A model generated the notes under the pieces. That model saw nothing but the letters and a program-made list of their open reading frames with translations, had not been told where the DNA came from and did no database searches. A stretch of 52,864 nt of DNA from a virus (lineage: Duplodnaviria > Caudoviricetes). The translations under genes were made by a program, and so were the position numbers. The first letter of the stretch is position 1; each line of letters starts with the position of its first letter. The stretch covers positions 1 to 52,864 of IMG/VR virus record IMGVR_UViG_3300001472_000023. One strand, written 5' to 3'. Below, in pieces: positions 8,842-17,883 of the stretch.

Positions 8842-9048
8842 TTACACGCTTTCTTCAAAAACTTCATTATAAGTTTGAAGTTTTTCTTCTTCACTCATTC
8901 CCGATAATTGTTTCGACACTTCATTCACAGACAAAGATGTCACAATATCGATTAATTCAGAGAAGGTCAGATTGCTTGCTATCCGATTCACAAGAGCTTT
9001 TTCTAGCTTTTCGACTTGTTCTTCAGACAATTTCTCTAACTCAGGCAT
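8842..9048 (-). CDS. hypothetical protein (acidic, helical)
   Basis: 68-aa ORF, TAATG-coupled to the upstream gene. Confidence 0.65.
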   Translation of the reverse strand: MPELEKLSEEQVEKLEKALVNRIASNLTFSELIDIVTSLSVNEVSKQLSGMSEEEKLQTYNEVFEESV

Positions 9049-9254
9049 TAACCTTGGTCTACAGGCTTACTTTTATAAATTCGAAGATCAGGCTGAGTAT
9101 CCTTTTCTTTGAATTTATTAGTGAAAATGACAATCTCCAACTTCTCCCCGTTAATTGTTAAATTACCAGAGTAGAAGGGCTTGTCTCCACCTTTGCGCCA
9201 AAGAGCGCCTACTTCACGATCAGACCATTCGCTGCTTGTTTTACTTTCATTCAT
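9048..9254 (-). CDS. DUF736-like small protein
   Basis: VGALW...YSGNL...IFTNK..K..QPDLRIY pattern. Confidence 0.6.
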   Translation of the reverse strand: MNESKTSSEWSDREVGALWRKGGDKPFYSGNLTINGEKLEIVIFTNKFKEKDTQPDLRIYKSKPVDQG

Positions 9255-9400
9255 AGATTGATATAAGTTTTAATTAAATGTTTTTCATTGTGAGGGAGTT
9301 TATTATAACGCTTCTTGATGCGCCGATAGATTCTCCTCATAATAGGGTTTTCTTGAAATGAGATTAAACTCCTAAGATACTTAGATGTTGACCCACTCAT
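9251..9400 (-). CDS. small basic hypothetical protein (49 aa)
   Basis: Hand translation MSGSTSKYLRSLISFQENPIMRRIYRRIKKRYNKLPHNEKHLIKTYINL; fills the gap exactly, with TAATG and ATGA overlaps. Confidence 0.65.
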   Translation of the reverse strand: MSGSTSKYLRSLISFQENPIMRRIYRRIKKRYNKLPHNEKHLIKTYINL

Positions 9401-9609
9401 TACTTACTTGAATTAACTGACGCTAGACTAGTTTTAGCTAGGCGACGATTTGAACGGTTATTCCGATCAAAAATAGTAATGTAATTGTTGGTCTCACTAA
9501 GAAACTGTGCATTGTAGACTTCCCCTTGTACAGTCTTAAGGCCGAAGAATCTACCCTTTGTTGCACGAATCGCCTTGAGCGCCGACATTTGTTTACGATT
9601 AAGTTTCAT
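9400..9609 (-). CDS. hypothetical protein
   Basis: 69-aa basic ORF heading a chain of coupled small genes. Confidence 0.65.
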   Translation of the reverse strand: MKLNRKQMSALKAIRATKGRFFGLKTVQGEVYNAQFLSETNNYITIFDRNNRSNRRLAKTSLASVNSSK

Positions 9610-9654
9610 AACAGCATTATTATTAAGAATCCCGGTGAAAAATCCAGTAAAATT

Positions 9655-11934
9655 TCATATTTTATCTAAATTTATCTTTACCTTATCCAAAGTTATCTGG
9701 TGACAAATAAATTTATTAATCTTCTCATCAAATCTTTTTTGAAAGTCGATTAAGTTTTTGGAGTTTTTAGCAAAACTTTTCAAAAAACCTAAGGAATAAG
9801 TCAAGCTTATCCCATTTATCTTTAAATCTTTATTTATCCCATGTAATTTTTGCCAGAGGACTCGGAAAATATCTTTTTTCTTCAATTGCTTCAAAAAGAC
9901 ATGGCAATCAAAAAACACAGATAACTCTTTAAACACCGCTGCCGTAGGGGTTTCAGCACTACAGTTAAAGCCCATTGATGAATCATTCTCTACTCCGCTA
10001 GTTACAAAAATTTTACTATTAGAAAAGTCTGCTATATCTCCGTTGGACATCTGAAGCTTACCTTCCTTTAAAATCTGAGCGAATAAAGTTTTCACCGAAA
10101 AATGAACTTTATGAAAGTCATCTATAATTATAACGCTATTAGGTTGAATATTAATCTTTTCACTCAAAGATGTGTTTGCGTTATTCTCTGGTAGTATTTT
10201 AAATTTAGCATATTCATCTGAAAAGTGAACCCCACTATAACTAAGTACGTTAACCCCACTCCTTTCTAAAGTGTCTTTTAATACAGAGCATAAAAAGCTC
10301 TTACCTGTAGACTCACCCCCAGTGATGCAATAAATATTTGGAGCAGAACCTTTTCTATTAACGCCGTAGTTAGATAAGCTAATCTCCTCACCCAATTTTT
10401 TAATTGTAGAATTATTGCCAACGAACCTTTTCTTAACATCCTTTAGTAAATCAGATAATATCTCAGGCTTACACAAGGGGTTCTCCTTCTTCGAAAAGAA
10501 ATCTTTTAAGTGCTGCAATGTCACCTTAGGAGATTCTTTCTGCATGTCTTCTCCCCACTTGAGTAGTTTTTCATTCATTGCTGATATTAAATCCTCTGTA
10601 GACACCTTCTCCTCTAAATTACAAATTATTTGCTCTTGTATCTCTTTTATAGAAGGGTCTACCTCCCAATAACTCAATTTAGATTGTGCGCCACAATGAT
10701 CAACAACATCAATAGCTTTATCGGGATAAAATTTATTCGGCAAATATTTTTCACAATAATCGATAACATTATTTACAAAATTATCTGTATACTCGACCCC
10801 ATGAAACTCTTCGTAATGAGAAGTTATAGTAGGAAGGATTTTTTTCATTTGGAATTTAGAAGGTTCTTTAATTATGACCTTTTCGAAACGCCTATCTAAA
10901 GCTGAATCCTTTTTAATAGTGTTAGTGTATTCATTAATCGTCGTTGCGCCAATACAACTAATTGTACCACGAGCCAACTCTGGCTTTAAGATATTAGAAG
11001 CTTCAAGAGAATTCTCTGTAGTTCCTCCTGCACCAACTAAAGTGTGAACCTCGTCGATAAATAAGATGATATTATCATATTTCTTCACTTCATCAACGAA
11101 CTTCTCCAACCTTTCTTCAAACTGACCGCGATACTGAGTACCTGCAACCATGCTGGACAAGCTAAGAGAGTATATAACTTTATTGGCGATCAGCTCTGGA
11201 GAATCCCCAGAAACTATTCTTGCCGCTAAACCTTCGACTAAAGAAGTTTTACCCGTCCCAGCTGGTCCAACCAATATCGCGTTAGGTTTCTTTTTACGAC
11301 AAAGAATTGTAGATATCTCAGATATCTTGTCGTCAAAATCAACTATTTTGTCGAACTCATTCTTAGCTGCTTTAGCATTTAGGTTTTCAGCAAACTCATC
11401 TAAGATAGGGTTTTTATCAAACATGTCTATCCAGTCTTCCGTAGCATCTTTAGATAAAGACTCCCAAATATCTTCCGGCTCCGTTAACTCAATATCTTCA
11501 TCCCTACAAAACATAGAAATGTCATACATTAAATCATTATGGATGTCGTCATCAATAACCTCCTTAAAGGCTTTAGGCATATAATCTTCGTTCAGAAAAT
11601 TCAACAAAATTATTTCTGGGGCTATATAATCGCCTTGGAAAAAATCTATTTGAGTCTCTTCACAATAACCAACGAACTTATTAAACTTCGGAGTGAACTT
11701 ACTTGATATAGATTTAGTTTCTTTTTTCTTAGTGATAACTTTTGCAGAAGCCAATTTTAAAGGCTCGATACAGCCATATTTGTCTAATATAGTAAAACAA
11801 GACAAACTCAAATCATTAATAAAACAATGAAAAAATAAATCCATATCCACACCGTTCCTTTTTAAACTAAGGGAAAGATCACTGGATTCTTTAAATACAG
11901 AACGTATTTGAGGAGTGAAGGGTAAATCAATCAT
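9655..11934 (-). CDS. Clp/Hsp100 ATP-dependent chaperone (ClpA/ClpC-like)
   Basis: AAA1: GPAGTGKT, AGTQYRGQFEERL, LFIDEVH, GATTINEY, DSALDRRF, PDKAID. Divergent AAA2: GGESTGKS, IIDDFHK. MGF loop. Confidence 0.9.
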   Translation of the reverse strand: MIDLPFTPQIRSVFKESSDLSLSLKRNGVDMDLFFHCFINDLSLSCFTILDKYGCIEPLKLASAKVITKKKETKSISSKFTPKFNKFVGYCEETQIDFFQGDYIAPEIILLNFLNEDYMPKAFKEVIDDDIHNDLMYDISMFCRDEDIELTEPEDIWESLSKDATEDWIDMFDKNPILDEFAENLNAKAAKNEFDKIVDFDDKISEISTILCRKKKPNAILVGPAGTGKTSLVEGLAARIVSGDSPELIANKVIYSLSLSSMVAGTQYRGQFEERLEKFVDEVKKYDNIILFIDEVHTLVGAGGTTENSLEASNILKPELARGTISCIGATTINEYTNTIKKDSALDRRFEKVIIKEPSKFQMKKILPTITSHYEEFHGVEYTDNFVNNVIDYCEKYLPNKFYPDKAIDVVDHCGAQSKLSYWEVDPSIKEIQEQIICNLEEKVSTEDLISAMNEKLLKWGEDMQKESPKVTLQHLKDFFSKKENPLCKPEILSDLLKDVKKRFVGNNSTIKKLGEEISLSNYGVNRKGSAPNIYCITGGESTGKSFLCSVLKDTLERSGVNVLSYSGVHFSDEYAKFKILPENNANTSLSEKINIQPNSVIIIDDFHKVHFSVKTLFAQILKEGKLQMSNGDIADFSNSKIFVTSGVENDSSMGFNCSAETPTAAVFKELSVFFDCHVFLKQLKKKDIFRVLWQKLHGINKDLKINGISLTYSLGFLKSFAKNSKNLIDFQKRFDEKINKFICHQITLDKVKINLDKI

Positions 11935-14489
11935 TTGGTTTTTAAATCCTTAAGCTTCATCATAATCTTTGTATCTACAACTCTAGCTGAATTAATAAAA
12001 CTAGTATCACGACTCTTACTAGCATTCAAGACTAATACCGCATCTTTAGAAATTTTATAATTATTAAGGAAGTCTGAGAGCTTTTCCTCCCTTGAATTAT
12101 CCATCAATATAAATTTAGAAGAGGCTGTATTGTCAGAAGCTTCTATGATCATATACTTATTGCCGTTTTGAGAAATCTTAGTGAAGAAATCTTTTACCTG
12201 ACAGACGACTTTATAACAAGTTTGTTCTGGAAGCTCTTTAACCTCCTTTAGAGTATTCAAAACTCCATACTGCTCTTCAAAGCATTCCTTTAAATCATGA
12301 GAATAACTATAGCCCAATAAAGAGTTTTCATACCACCAATTCGAAAATTTTTGGTAAGACTTATTTTTATCATACATCTCTCTATAATTAGAAAATTTCT
12401 TTAAGAAAGTCTTAAACCTACTATCCTTCATTAATACTCTGTTATCATCAGCAATAACGCCCATTTCAACCGCTTGAGCTATAGCGTGTAGCACATCTTC
12501 TCCCAAAATATCCTTCAACTTAATAAAATTCCTCTTCTCTCTATCTGTTAAGATATTAAAAGCTTGGCTTTCTAAAACCAAACGACTTCTAGTTTCAGTA
12601 GATTCATCCATTGATCCAGCCTGTATTAATGCTGCCAATACAGATATATTTATACCGCAACCCTTTGCTGCTGTAAAAACCTCATACTTACTATTAAAGC
12701 TCTTACCTCTAAAAGCAACCAATCCTTCTATAGATTTTTCTGATATACCTTTAATGCTATTAAGACCATACCTAATGTTATCGCCCTCAATACAAAAGTT
12801 AACCTTTGACTTAAACAAACTAGGCGGCAAAAGTTTTATCCCAAAATCGCCAAGCTCTTCGTGAACAGCCTTAATAACACCAAGTGGTTCAGGGTCAAAT
12901 TCTGAAGATTCTAAAACTGAAAGAAAAAACTCTTTAGGGTACCTGTATTTTAAGTAAACTGTTTTAGCAGCTAATTCTGCGTAAGCAAAGCTGTGAGATT
13001 TGTTAAACGAGTAATCAGCCGAAGCCTGTAATGCGTTCCAATAAAAATCACTAATCTCTTCATCCAACTCTAATTCTTCTCCAGCTTTATAAATTCGCTT
13101 CTTCCAAGATGGCATCTCTTCAGTTTTTTTCTTACCAACGATTCGGCGAAGAGTTTCAGCTTCTTCTAAAGAAAGGCCAAATACTTTATTAGCGATCTGC
13201 ATTAACTGCTCTTGATACAAAATCACATTTTTGGACCAAGATAAAATGTCATCCAATTCTGGATGCAAATTTAAGACAGTGGGGGAGTGTTTTTGGCTCA
13301 CATAATCACCTACAAATTGTAAAGCCCCCGGACGCGCTAAAGCCACAACATCAGATAATTCATTTAAGTTGTCTGGCTTTACATCTCTACAAACACTAAA
13401 GTTCGTATTCGCTGATATCTGGAACAGACCTTCTGGATGGCTATAGTCTTGAAGGGTCTCATAAATAAAAGGATCGTTCGCATCAATACTATCTATATCT
13501 ATACCTATCTTCTCGCAAGTTTTATGCGCGATAGTCAATGTTTTAAGGCCAAGAATATCAAACTTGACCATCAGATCAGCAACATCATGCATGTTATATC
13601 CAGTAATTAAATCTCCATCTTTTGTCTTCTGAAGCGGCACTACATTACGAATATCTTGAGAACAAATAGCGATCCCAGATGGATGTACTCCAGTATTCTT
13701 AATTAAATTTTCTATTTTTTTCGCGTTGACTAGAGTCCTTCTATGATTCCGACACCAAGCAGAAAACTTCTCACTCTCTTCTTCTGCGTTGGAAAGAGAT
13801 GATACCTTCCCGTGAAGCTTAGGGATCATATCACTAACAGCATTAGCTTGCTCCTCTTTCGCCTCATCAAAATACTTAGTCGCCTCTCTGATGCATAATT
13901 TAGAACTAAAAGTATTAAAAGTTAATATCTTAGCTGTCTTACCTTTATGCTTTCGTTCGATATAATCAATGACTCTTTGTCTTTGCTCATAACTAATGTC
14001 TGAATCAACATCTGGTAATAAACTACCAACAAGAAATTCTTTATTCCTAATATCGTATACTTTTTTAGCGCGACTCTTCGAAACAAATCTCTCAAAGAAA
14101 AGGTTATGGGGTATTGGGTCAATATTAGTCACACACAATAAATACAAAACCAAAGAACCCGCCGCTGACCCTCGACCAGCACCAGTGGGTATTTTATTTT
14201 CATGACAAAAGTTCAATACATCCCAATTGAGCAAAATATAATCCGTAAACCCCAACTCTTCAAAAGTTTCAAGCTCTTGCTTCGCACGATCAAAGTACTC
14301 TTTTTTATTAGCCAATTTAGTTATACCCTTATCCCTCAATCCTTTTCTGGTAAGTTCATACATAATATCCTTAGTAGAACTATCCTCGACAAGACCTATA
14401 GACTTCAATATTTCATTACCAACTAATGTTTTAGGTAGCTCTACCCCAATAGGCTCGCAATCGTCATATACTGTAAAATTTTCAAACAT
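11931..14489 (-). CDS. dnaE: DNA polymerase III alpha subunit, catalytic part (lacks N-terminal PHP)
   Basis: GAGRGSAAGSL, FERF, PDVDSD, GVHPSG, KFDILGL, YQEQLM, YSFNKSH, IRYGLNSIKG; C-terminal OB-like region. Confidence 0.92.
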   Translation of the reverse strand: MFENFTVYDDCEPIGVELPKTLVGNEILKSIGLVEDSSTKDIMYELTRKGLRDKGITKLANKKEYFDRAKQELETFEELGFTDYILLNWDVLNFCHENKIPTGAGRGSAAGSLVLYLLCVTNIDPIPHNLFFERFVSKSRAKKVYDIRNKEFLVGSLLPDVDSDISYEQRQRVIDYIERKHKGKTAKILTFNTFSSKLCIREATKYFDEAKEEQANAVSDMIPKLHGKVSSLSNAEEESEKFSAWCRNHRRTLVNAKKIENLIKNTGVHPSGIAICSQDIRNVVPLQKTKDGDLITGYNMHDVADLMVKFDILGLKTLTIAHKTCEKIGIDIDSIDANDPFIYETLQDYSHPEGLFQISANTNFSVCRDVKPDNLNELSDVVALARPGALQFVGDYVSQKHSPTVLNLHPELDDILSWSKNVILYQEQLMQIANKVFGLSLEEAETLRRIVGKKKTEEMPSWKKRIYKAGEELELDEEISDFYWNALQASADYSFNKSHSFAYAELAAKTVYLKYRYPKEFFLSVLESSEFDPEPLGVIKAVHEELGDFGIKLLPPSLFKSKVNFCIEGDNIRYGLNSIKGISEKSIEGLVAFRGKSFNSKYEVFTAAKGCGINISVLAALIQAGSMDESTETRSRLVLESQAFNILTDREKRNFIKLKDILGEDVLHAIAQAVEMGVIADDNRVLMKDSRFKTFLKKFSNYREMYDKNKSYQKFSNWWYENSLLGYSYSHDLKECFEEQYGVLNTLKEVKELPEQTCYKVVCQVKDFFTKISQNGNKYMIIEASDNTASSKFILMDNSREEKLSDFLNNYKISKDAVLVLNASKSRDTSFINSARVVDTKIMMKLKDLKTK

Positions 14490-15103
14490 TATAAATTCAT
14501 GTGTTTTTTCAGCGCCTTAAAAACCTCATAGCACTTCTGGTTATCATATAGAGCGTTGTGTAAAAGATCTTCTTCAAAATCTATCCCAAAAAATTTAAGC
14601 AATTGGTTTTGAGATACCCTAGCCTTAAGAGATCGATCATGTATTATCTTATACTGCCAACTCAATAAATTATCTTTAGGTTTATCTAATTCTTCCCTGT
14701 AAGCCTTGCCGTAAGCTCTAGTGTCATAGATCCTTTTCAAATAACTATAGTCTGGAGTCTCACCCAAAGATCTTTGCATTCCTGCCACCATATAAACGTC
14801 AAATCCCAATAAGTTTTGGCCAACAACCTTATACTCAGGATCGAATAAATCTTTTTTGAAATCAGCCCAAACATTTTTCAAAGGCTCCTTCCTCTCGTTA
14901 TACTCGTCCCAACTAAAACCAGTCAAATGCTCTACCTTTTTATTAATTTGTAGATCCTTGTGACTAATATATCGATCATTCTCTTTTAAAATCCTATCTC
15001 CCTGACAGATGAGCCAAGAGACTTGCCAAGTACGAGAAGAATGAAGGTTCAACCCTTCAGTCTCAGTGTCAAATACTAAATATTTTTGGTTATACGGTAA
15101 CAT
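14489..15103 (-). CDS. DEDDh 3'-5' exonuclease (DnaQ/epsilon-like)
   Basis: FDTETEG, GQNLLGFD, YDT, HNALYD motifs; ATG 15103 preferred over the ORF-track start at 15130. Confidence 0.85.
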   Translation of the reverse strand: MLPYNQKYLVFDTETEGLNLHSSRTWQVSWLICQGDRILKENDRYISHKDLQINKKVEHLTGFSWDEYNERKEPLKNVWADFKKDLFDPEYKVVGQNLLGFDVYMVAGMQRSLGETPDYSYLKRIYDTRAYGKAYREELDKPKDNLLSWQYKIIHDRSLKARVSQNQLLKFFGIDFEEDLLHNALYDNQKCYEVFKALKKHMNL

Positions 15104-15791
15104 CTTTGTAAGACTCCCAACAGAAATCATCTGAACAGAAGTGGTCTAGGTTTGGTTTTTGAAAAGTTGGTGCTCGCCCTTGAGATCTACTACAAGAAGC
15201 TTTGTACATCTGAAAAGCCTCAAAATCATCTTTGTTATGATGGAGTATTGTTTTAACCATTTTAGTCTCAACGTCTAGTCCTTCAATCACTTCCCTAATC
15301 TGGAAGTCAAAAGGGTGATTATTATCCTCAATAAAAAAAACTGGATCTAATCCCTTAAGACCCAAATGAGAAAGTCCGAAGTGGAATAAATTATTATAGA
15401 TATAAGAATCATAAAAAGGAACAGCCGTCTTTACGTCCTTGAAATCTTCTACTGAATAATGACTGAGAACCAAGCTATTCTTGTCGTTTAATGAAGCGTC
15501 AGAATATAGACGCTTTATAGTTTTGAGGCCATCATTATTTTTAGCAAAGAAAACCAACTTGCTAGGTCTCTCATCTTGAATCAAGTCGTCATTCACAACA
15601 GACAACCTAAGGCCAAAAACAAGAGGAATTTCATTCTCTTGGAATAACTGGTTAAAAACCCTAAATCCGTAAAAAGAATCTTCAACCATAACAACCCTTT
15701 CTAAAGAGTTGATTTGAGCTATATTAAGAATCTTCTCAGCGGTAAGAATAGACTTTCCGACACTGAATTGACTCTTGAAAAGTGGCGTCAT
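15090..15791 (-). CDS. stand-alone PHP domain of DNA polymerase III alpha
   Basis: FKSQFSVGKS, VFGLRL, LVFFAKNNDG..LYS match a DnaE N-terminal PHP with degenerate metal ligands. Confidence 0.75.
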   Translation of the reverse strand: MTPLFKSQFSVGKSILTAEKILNIAQINSLERVVMVEDSFYGFRVFNQLFQENEIPLVFGLRLSVVNDDLIQDERPSKLVFFAKNNDGLKTIKRLYSDASLNDKNSLVLSHYSVEDFKDVKTAVPFYDSYIYNNLFHFGLSHLGLKGLDPVFFIEDNNHPFDFQIREVIEGLDVETKMVKTILHHNKDDFEAFQMYKASCSRSQGRAPTFQKPNLDHFCSDDFCWESYKDVTV

Positions 15792-15797
15792 GCAAGA

Positions 15798-15826
15798 AAC
15801 CTATAGAAGATCCATAGGCTTGTCAA
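15798..15826 (-). promoter_or_regulatory. sigma70-like promoter
   Basis: TTGACA (15826-15821) N17 TAGGTT (15803-15798), 6 nt before ATG 15791. Confidence 0.6.
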
Positions 15827-16859
15827 ATGAAAAAGCTGGGCAACCTTTATATTTTTTCTTTTCAATCCTAGAGCCTTTCCCCTCCTCAAGCAGAACCTCA
15901 AGATCCTCCTTGTTATAGGACGACTTCAAGAAAGCCCCATCTTCTTTTAGTAAATGGAAGTAATCAAACCCAAATTTAAATGGACAATGCCACATCAAAT
16001 CACCATTTTTTTTAAGTTGGCCTACCTTCGTAGCACGGCCACAAACAATCTTTCCTGCAAACCCCTCTTCTTTCGCAGGGTATCCTTTGTCCCAAGCCAA
16101 TCCACTTGTCGCAGTCTCTTCACTAAAATTGTTTATTACTTTTTGTACGTCAGTCAAGAAGTATTCAAATCCCTCTAAGTCCAAGTCATCCAATGGCTCC
16201 ATTTCCAAAAGACCCTCTCCGTTTAAATCAAACTTGAGAAACAAAAACTCCATTCGCCTCTTTAAATATTCTGGGTATAGGTATTTTACAGCAAGACAAT
16301 ACATGTAATCCTGCATGTTGTCACTGTACTCTTTACCTTCAAAAATGCTTTTTGATGTTTTAAAGTCCCGAATAATCGCCGTTTTTTTTCTTTTAAATAA
16401 AAACAACTTATCTATGAAACCTAAAATGCGATAATCTTTGTCTCCGTCTTTAACTTTTATATCGAAGTCTTTCTCTGAAATAGACTCCGTAGGCTTGCTT
16501 CCAGTATCACCAAAAAAATCAAAATTTAACCCCTCTACAGTCATTTTATTAATGAGATCCATATTCTCGAAATCATCAATCTCATATTTTTTAGCATAAG
16601 CCTCTACCATTCTTTTTATAGGAGGGCTGACGTTAATATCCTGAGCCTTTATTATAGAACGGTAGTGCTTCCTATGACGAGGATTCCCCAAATTCTCAAA
16701 CACCGCATGACAAATTGTGCCACGTAAAGATCCATGATTAGATTTATCGGGAAGACGTAAATGATATTTTGCCCAATATTGCCAAGTGCAAGTTTGCATC
16801 GTTTTGATGCGGGAAGCGGAAAGAGGTTTATTTTCAGATTTCTCCATAATGGAAGTCAT
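15801..16859 (-). CDS. PD-(D/E)XK nuclease (RecB/AddB/Cas4-like exonuclease)
   Basis: LSASRI...C, GTICH, GFIDK, IRDFKTS, Q..YC; one N-terminal and three C-terminal Cys; alternative start 16847. Confidence 0.85.
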   Translation of the reverse strand: MTSIMEKSENKPLSASRIKTMQTCTWQYWAKYHLRLPDKSNHGSLRGTICHAVFENLGNPRHRKHYRSIIKAQDINVSPPIKRMVEAYAKKYEIDDFENMDLINKMTVEGLNFDFFGDTGSKPTESISEKDFDIKVKDGDKDYRILGFIDKLFLFKRKKTAIIRDFKTSKSIFEGKEYSDNMQDYMYCLAVKYLYPEYLKRRMEFLFLKFDLNGEGLLEMEPLDDLDLEGFEYFLTDVQKVINNFSEETATSGLAWDKGYPAKEEGFAGKIVCGRATKVGQLKKNGDLMWHCPFKFGFDYFHLLKEDGAFLKSSYNKEDLEVLLEEGKGSRIEKKKYKGCPAFSFDKPMDLL

Positions 16860-17880
16860 ATTTTTTTTCGAACTTCCTTAAATTAGAAGCAAATGTCTTG
16901 TTAACTCCCCGTTTATTCATTTCTTTAGCAAAATCAACAACGTTAGTCATTGATTCATTATGAGACATGAAACTGCAATATTCAACAAATTTATCTAATT
17001 GGTATTTTTCCATGTCCCCAAAATCATTTTCAAAAGGTGGGGCAAAAAATATCTTTTCGAAATCCATTTGATCAGAAAGTTTAAATATAGATTTTATAGC
17101 GCCCTCGAAACCCCTGTTAAATTCTGAGTTAAAATCATTATTAAATGAGATGAAAACTTTATCTACAGGTAAGCCATTTAGTTTAGCTATAAATTTAGGG
17201 GATATATTTAATCCAAATGAAACTAAAACGTTCTTAATGCCTGAATTAAATAAAGATATACAATCACCAATTGATTCAACAATGTAAACGCTCTTCTCCC
17301 TCTCTATCGCTTCAGAGACCTCCTTTACTGAATAGTATGGATAAAACCAATCAGAACAGCGACCATTATGCAACCACTTTGGCCTAGGGTCATCTGTTAC
17401 CTTTCTGCCCGAAAAGCCGTGTATGAGGCCATCGGGACGAAATATGGGGAATACAATACGTTGGTATAGTTTACCTGACATAGCGAGGCCACAGTAAAAG
17501 GATTTCAAAGTGTCTTGAGAAATACCTCTATCTAGATAAAAATCATAATGAGGCAGCAACCTGTCTAAACAAGATTTTAAATATGTCTTCTCTTCACTCA
17601 AAAGTTTCTTTTTAGGACTCTTTGTAAAGTTGTTTACACCAACATCCTTAATATAAGAACTTAAAATACTCTTATCATTAGTATTGAGGGTTTTTTGAAG
17701 TAAGACTTCGAAGGGTAAGAAAATAGAGTCCTCGACGTAATCTTTCCAAACTCCCGTATCTTTATAAATCTGGAGTGCTGTAGAATTGTCTCCAGACCTA
17801 TAAACAGCGCTCGTCCTCCAATAAGAACCGTGATCCTTTAACCTGTAACCCAAGTCTTCTAATACTTGTTTGTAGTCCAT
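16834..17880 (-). CDS. DNA primase (DnaG-like TOPRIM)
   Basis: YLDRGIS, RIVFPI..GFSGR, KWLH, IVESIGD, FNND, NDFGD motifs. Confidence 0.85.
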   Translation of the reverse strand: MDYKQVLEDLGYRLKDHGSYWRTSAVYRSGDNSTALQIYKDTGVWKDYVEDSIFLPFEVLLQKTLNTNDKSILSSYIKDVGVNNFTKSPKKKLLSEEKTYLKSCLDRLLPHYDFYLDRGISQDTLKSFYCGLAMSGKLYQRIVFPIFRPDGLIHGFSGRKVTDDPRPKWLHNGRCSDWFYPYYSVKEVSEAIEREKSVYIVESIGDCISLFNSGIKNVLVSFGLNISPKFIAKLNGLPVDKVFISFNNDFNSEFNRGFEGAIKSIFKLSDQMDFEKIFFAPPFENDFGDMEKYQLDKFVEYCSFMSHNESMTNVVDFAKEMNKRGVNKTFASNLRKFEKKYDFHYGEI

Positions 17881-17883
17881 ACA

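Noticed and set aside
9610-9654. Promoter before the 9609 gene
   Set aside because: An AT-rich -10-like sequence is present, but there is no convincing -35 at proper spacing
11931-15791. Split intein or intron in dnaE
   Set aside because: No C/S-start or HN-C intein termini and no homing endonuclease; the pieces are separately initiated, coupled genes
15801-16859. Cas4 as evidence of CRISPR-Cas
   Set aside because: A stand-alone PD-(D/E)XK exonuclease in a replication module is common in phages; no cas1/cas2 or array is present
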